From an uncultured candidate division Zixibacteria bacterium (GTDB lineage: Bacteria > Zixibacteria > MSB-5A5 > UBA10806): a stretch of DNA of 64,000 nucleotides. The stretch covers positions 608,001-672,000 of the forward strand of contig CAWDFP010000006.1 of the NCBI GenBank assembly GCA_963801605.1, written 5' to 3'. Shown piece by piece: positions 60,739 to 64,000 of the stretch. The translations under genes were made by a program, and so were the position numbers. The stretch's first letter is position 1. Each line of letters begins with the position of its first letter. The notes beneath the pieces were generated by a model. The model worked only from the letters and a program-made list of their open reading frames with translations. It was not told where the DNA came from and searched no databases.

Positions 60739-62620
60739 TAAATATTTCGAATCGCGAAATAATCCGCGATTCTTCTTTAATCCGGATGATAAGCGCAAAA
60801 TTATTAAGGCGATGAAGCGTCATTTTCCACGGGAATCTAAAGCGGTTATTGACCGCGCGCAAATGGCGCTTGAACATACTTTCGATCTTCTTGGTTCCGG
60901 GCCAAACACCTTAGGTCAGAAGATCAACTGGAATCATGATTTCAAATCCGGTAAAAGCTGGCCCAAAGAACACTTTACCAAAATTCGCATTGTTGATCCA
61001 AACGATAAATCTGATATCAAGGTCACCTGGGAATTATCTCGTTTACAATTTGTAACCGAACTCGGTCGAGCCTATTGGCTCACCGACGATAATACATACA
61101 AGTATGAGTTTAAATCGATTATTTCCGATTGGCAAGATTCCAACCCCATTGACATTGGCCCCAATTGGACCTGTAGTATGGAAGTTGCCATCAGGGCTAT
61201 TAATATAATCTGGGGGTTGCAATTCTTCGAATTTGACGAAAATGAAAAGGAATTTGTCAAAAAGAGCGTTCGTCTTCTCTACTACCACGGTTTGCATATC
61301 GAGAAAAACCTGGAAATTACCGCCGACGGCGCCAATTCCAATCATCTAATCAGCGACTATCTGGGACTGTTTTATATCGGGCTGCTTGTTCCTGAGCTAA
61401 AAAAGTCCAGGCGCTGGCTAAGACTAGGACGTGAGGGCCTTGAGAGACAGATGCGGTCACAGGTTTTAGCGGATGGCGCCGACTATGAATGCTCAACCTC
61501 ATATCATCGTCTTGTGCTGGAGATGTTTCTTTCGGCATATTTGCTCGGCAAGAATAATAATCTGGAATTTTCCGCTGACTACCGAACTCGTCTTGAAGCA
61601 ATGATAACCTATTCGGAAGCGTTGACTCCGGCCTCCGGGATGGCCCCATTGATCGGCGATAATGATGATGGATTCGTGGTAAAACTCTCAACCGATAATC
61701 CCGCTGACCATAGACCACTAATCGATATTGGCCGTATCGCTCTTGAAAAATGCACATCCCATGATATACCCGGAACCGAAGAACGGCTCTGGTACCTTGG
61801 ACCGGACAGCATATCCATCATGAACGATTCCGAGCCTCCGCAATCCCATCTTTTTGAAAATAGCGGCTACGCCGTGATAAGAGGTCGTGATTTCCATTTG
61901 GTTTTTAATGCTGCCGGAGTACCCAGAAAAAATTTCGGAGGACATAAACATAACGATCTTCTCTCATTCACGTTAGAAATGGATGGAATCGCATACCTGA
62001 TTGATCCCGGTACGTTTTGTTATTCTGCCGATTATGCTATGAGAAATCTCTCCAGATCGGCCGGCATCCATAATACTGTCGTCGTCGATAATGCCGAACA
62101 AAACCGTTTTCTGGATAACAGATTATTCTTCCTGATGAGCGATGCCTCACCGGCTATCAAACTATGGGCTAAGACCGAAAAATCAGTCGTGGTTTCAGCG
62201 TCCCATGACGGTTACAAACGCCTCGATGGAATTATCCATCGTCGTACCATTACCGCCTGGCCCGATTCCGGTCAGATTCATCTACGGGATGATTTTACCG
62301 GAGACAAAGGGAAATCTCATTCCTACTGCCTGCAATTTGTAACGCCTATCCTCGATATCAGGCTAATCGACCGTGCCAGTCTCGAAATCTGCGGAGCAAA
62401 ATCTCGCGGACTTTATATAAGAGCCTCGGAGGAAGGTCTTGAAGATCTCCAAGTGACTCCGATAGACTATTTCCCTCGATATGGAGTCAAGGCCCCTGCG
62501 ATGCAAATTAAATTTATTTATCGTTGTTCACCGCCTTTTGGCTTTTCGGCATCGATCGGACTTCTCAGGCACCAGAGAGTATTAAGCATAAAGCATGAAA
62601 CGGTTGAGGCCGCGGTATGA
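60571..62620 (+). CDS. Heparinase II/III family protein
   Basis: DIKVTWELSR, NHLISD, DGADYECSTSYH, GHKHNDLLSF, DPGTFCY, HNT. The frame is open from 60575; the ATG at 60571 needs a -1 indel. Confidence 0.88.
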
Positions 62621-64000
62621 CCGCAGAAGTCGAACATTTCGAATCGACATGTTATCCTCTGGAAAATCGCTCTGGTGGGATTTACCCTGGCAATTTCGGG
62701 TTGGGTGAGTACGATAGGCATTACCTGTAATCAAATATTTGCGATCATTCTTTCGCTGGTAACCGTAACAATCTGGTTTAACAATAAACTTTCCGGAGCA
62801 ATTTCGGGAATCTTCTTGTATTTGACTAAATCTTTTTGGGTGCGCCTGGCGTTTGCTATCGATATAAGAATTTCGGGAAACTTTGGTTTTGATCTTTTGG
62901 GCGTCACCCCGGCCCTTCTTCTGGCTGCCCTTACGACTCTCGAGATTTATACCAGACTATCCAAAGGCGAAAAGATTTGTCCGGATAATAGCAGAAAACT
63001 ATTAGCGGCCTTTATAGCGATAAATTTTTTGAGCATATTTAATCCGTCAAGTTCCCTAATGATTGGACTTGGGGGCTTCGAACGCAATATCCTTCCAAAT
63101 ATTACAATGCTTTATCTATTAGCGTCAGTTGTTACCGAACAGAAGCATCTGGTGGTTCTGGTAAAATCGTTTCTGGTGTTAGGAGTAATTTCATGTACCT
63201 ACGCCGTCGGGCAGTATTTTGCAGTTCTCTACCCCTGGGAATTTGACTGGTTTCGGCAAGTAGCCCTCGATGATGGGTTGGCTGGTCGCATGACTATCGG
63301 CCTCAGGGGAATCGAATTTCGCCTATTCTCGATCTTCTATGGCTATATGGATTTCTTCTTTACAAATGTTTTAATTTTCGCATTGGCATTAACGCATAAG
63401 GATGAGTTAATAGGCAACTGGCGTAAACTTCGCACTCTTTATTTTGTGTTGTGGTGGGTTGTCCTGGGTTTATCGATTGAGAGGATGCCGCTACTCATGA
63501 CCCTGGCAATAATGCTGGTACTAAAGTACATAAGGGCATCATCGGGACAACGCCGCAAGATGATTTGGCGCTCTGTCTTTGCAGCTGGAACTATTTACAT
63601 TATCCTCTTGATTGCAGGGCCGGCTCTGAAATCAACCGGAGCAGATAAGTTAATCCGCCTGGCGGAACTTGCTAACCCCTTTGCGGCCGGTTCTATCAAT
63701 GATCGCGCAGAAAACAAGTGGGGCCCGGCCATAGAAACTATCAAAAGCAATCCCTTGGGCGTTGGTATAGGCTATGGGAGCCAAACGATAGCCGACATCG
63801 AGGCTGCCCAATCGGGCCTGTTTGTTCAGCCACATAACGAACTTATCCAAAAGACGCTCGAGGGTGGATACCTCGGAGGGCTTTTATTTCTTCTTTTCTT
63901 TATCGCTCTCTACAAAGATTTTTTAAAAATTAGCAGAACTTCTATCTACAGAGCCTTCAGCCTTGCCATGATATCCAGTACAATCGCCCTTTGGATGTGC
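62617..64000 (+). CDS. O-antigen ligase/Wzy-like membrane protein (3'-truncated; not in ORF track)
   Basis: The frame starting at 62621 is open to the window end, with many TMs and NPLGVGIG...QPHNELIQKTLEGGYLGG (Wzy_C motif). The ATG at 62617 needs a -1 indel. Confidence 0.8.

Noticed and set aside
62618..62620. In-frame TGA between the heparinase and O-antigen-ligase frames as selenocysteine/readthrough
   Set aside because: An ATGA overlap plus one extra base explains it; there is no Cys-homologous position and no evident SECIS hairpin.
1..64000. About 20 frameshifts (mfd, both M16 genes, MFP, ogt, TonB receptor, dnaE2, dinB, mlaF, M14, wzy) as pseudogenisation or programmed frameshifting
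   Set aside because: They hit housekeeping and accessory genes alike, are single-base, leave catalytic motifs intact and share no slippery motif. Long-read indel error is the simplest explanation.

Overview
Gene-dense bacterial chromosomal window, most likely from an FCB-group organism such as Ca. Zixibacteria. This is inferred from dockerin-like and 'YPNPFN' T9SS-type C-terminal domains and three tandem parvulins after mfd. About 20 single-base frameshifts interrupt otherwise intact genes, which looks like long-read indel error. The left part holds mfd, three parvulin/SurA PPIases, an S4 protein, hflX, a ygeY-like M20 hydrolase, an orphan sensor kinase, a creatininase-family gene, two roadblock-like hypotheticals, an M16 peptidase pair, hbd/crt, two radical SAM genes and a MacAB-type ABC exporter. 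The middle holds arsM with a Cys-pair-rich AbrB-fold regulator, an S8 protease, ogt, LVIVD proteins, a cytochrome c, a TonB-dependent receptor, LpoB-like lipoproteins and yihY. The right part holds a dinB-dnaE2 mutagenesis cassette, an AT-rich TIR two-gene block, marR-mlaEFD, an M14 carboxypeptidase with dockerin, atl and the start of a surface-polysaccharide operon. The most notable observations are: (1) a repeated ~180-nt four-way-junction element (two copies 42 kb apart) with a conserved scaffold, a compensatory base-pair change and a variable central loop; (2) an arsM operon apparently controlled by a CC-motif AbrB protein with its own operator; (3) a TIR plus unknown two-gene candidate defence module beside dinB-dnaE2, which carries a Fibrobacter-type LexA-like box; (4) a HisC-fold protein lacking its PLP lysine inside the polysaccharide operon. 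The ORF track labels arsM and the AbrB gene '+', but the sequence shows both are on the minus strand.
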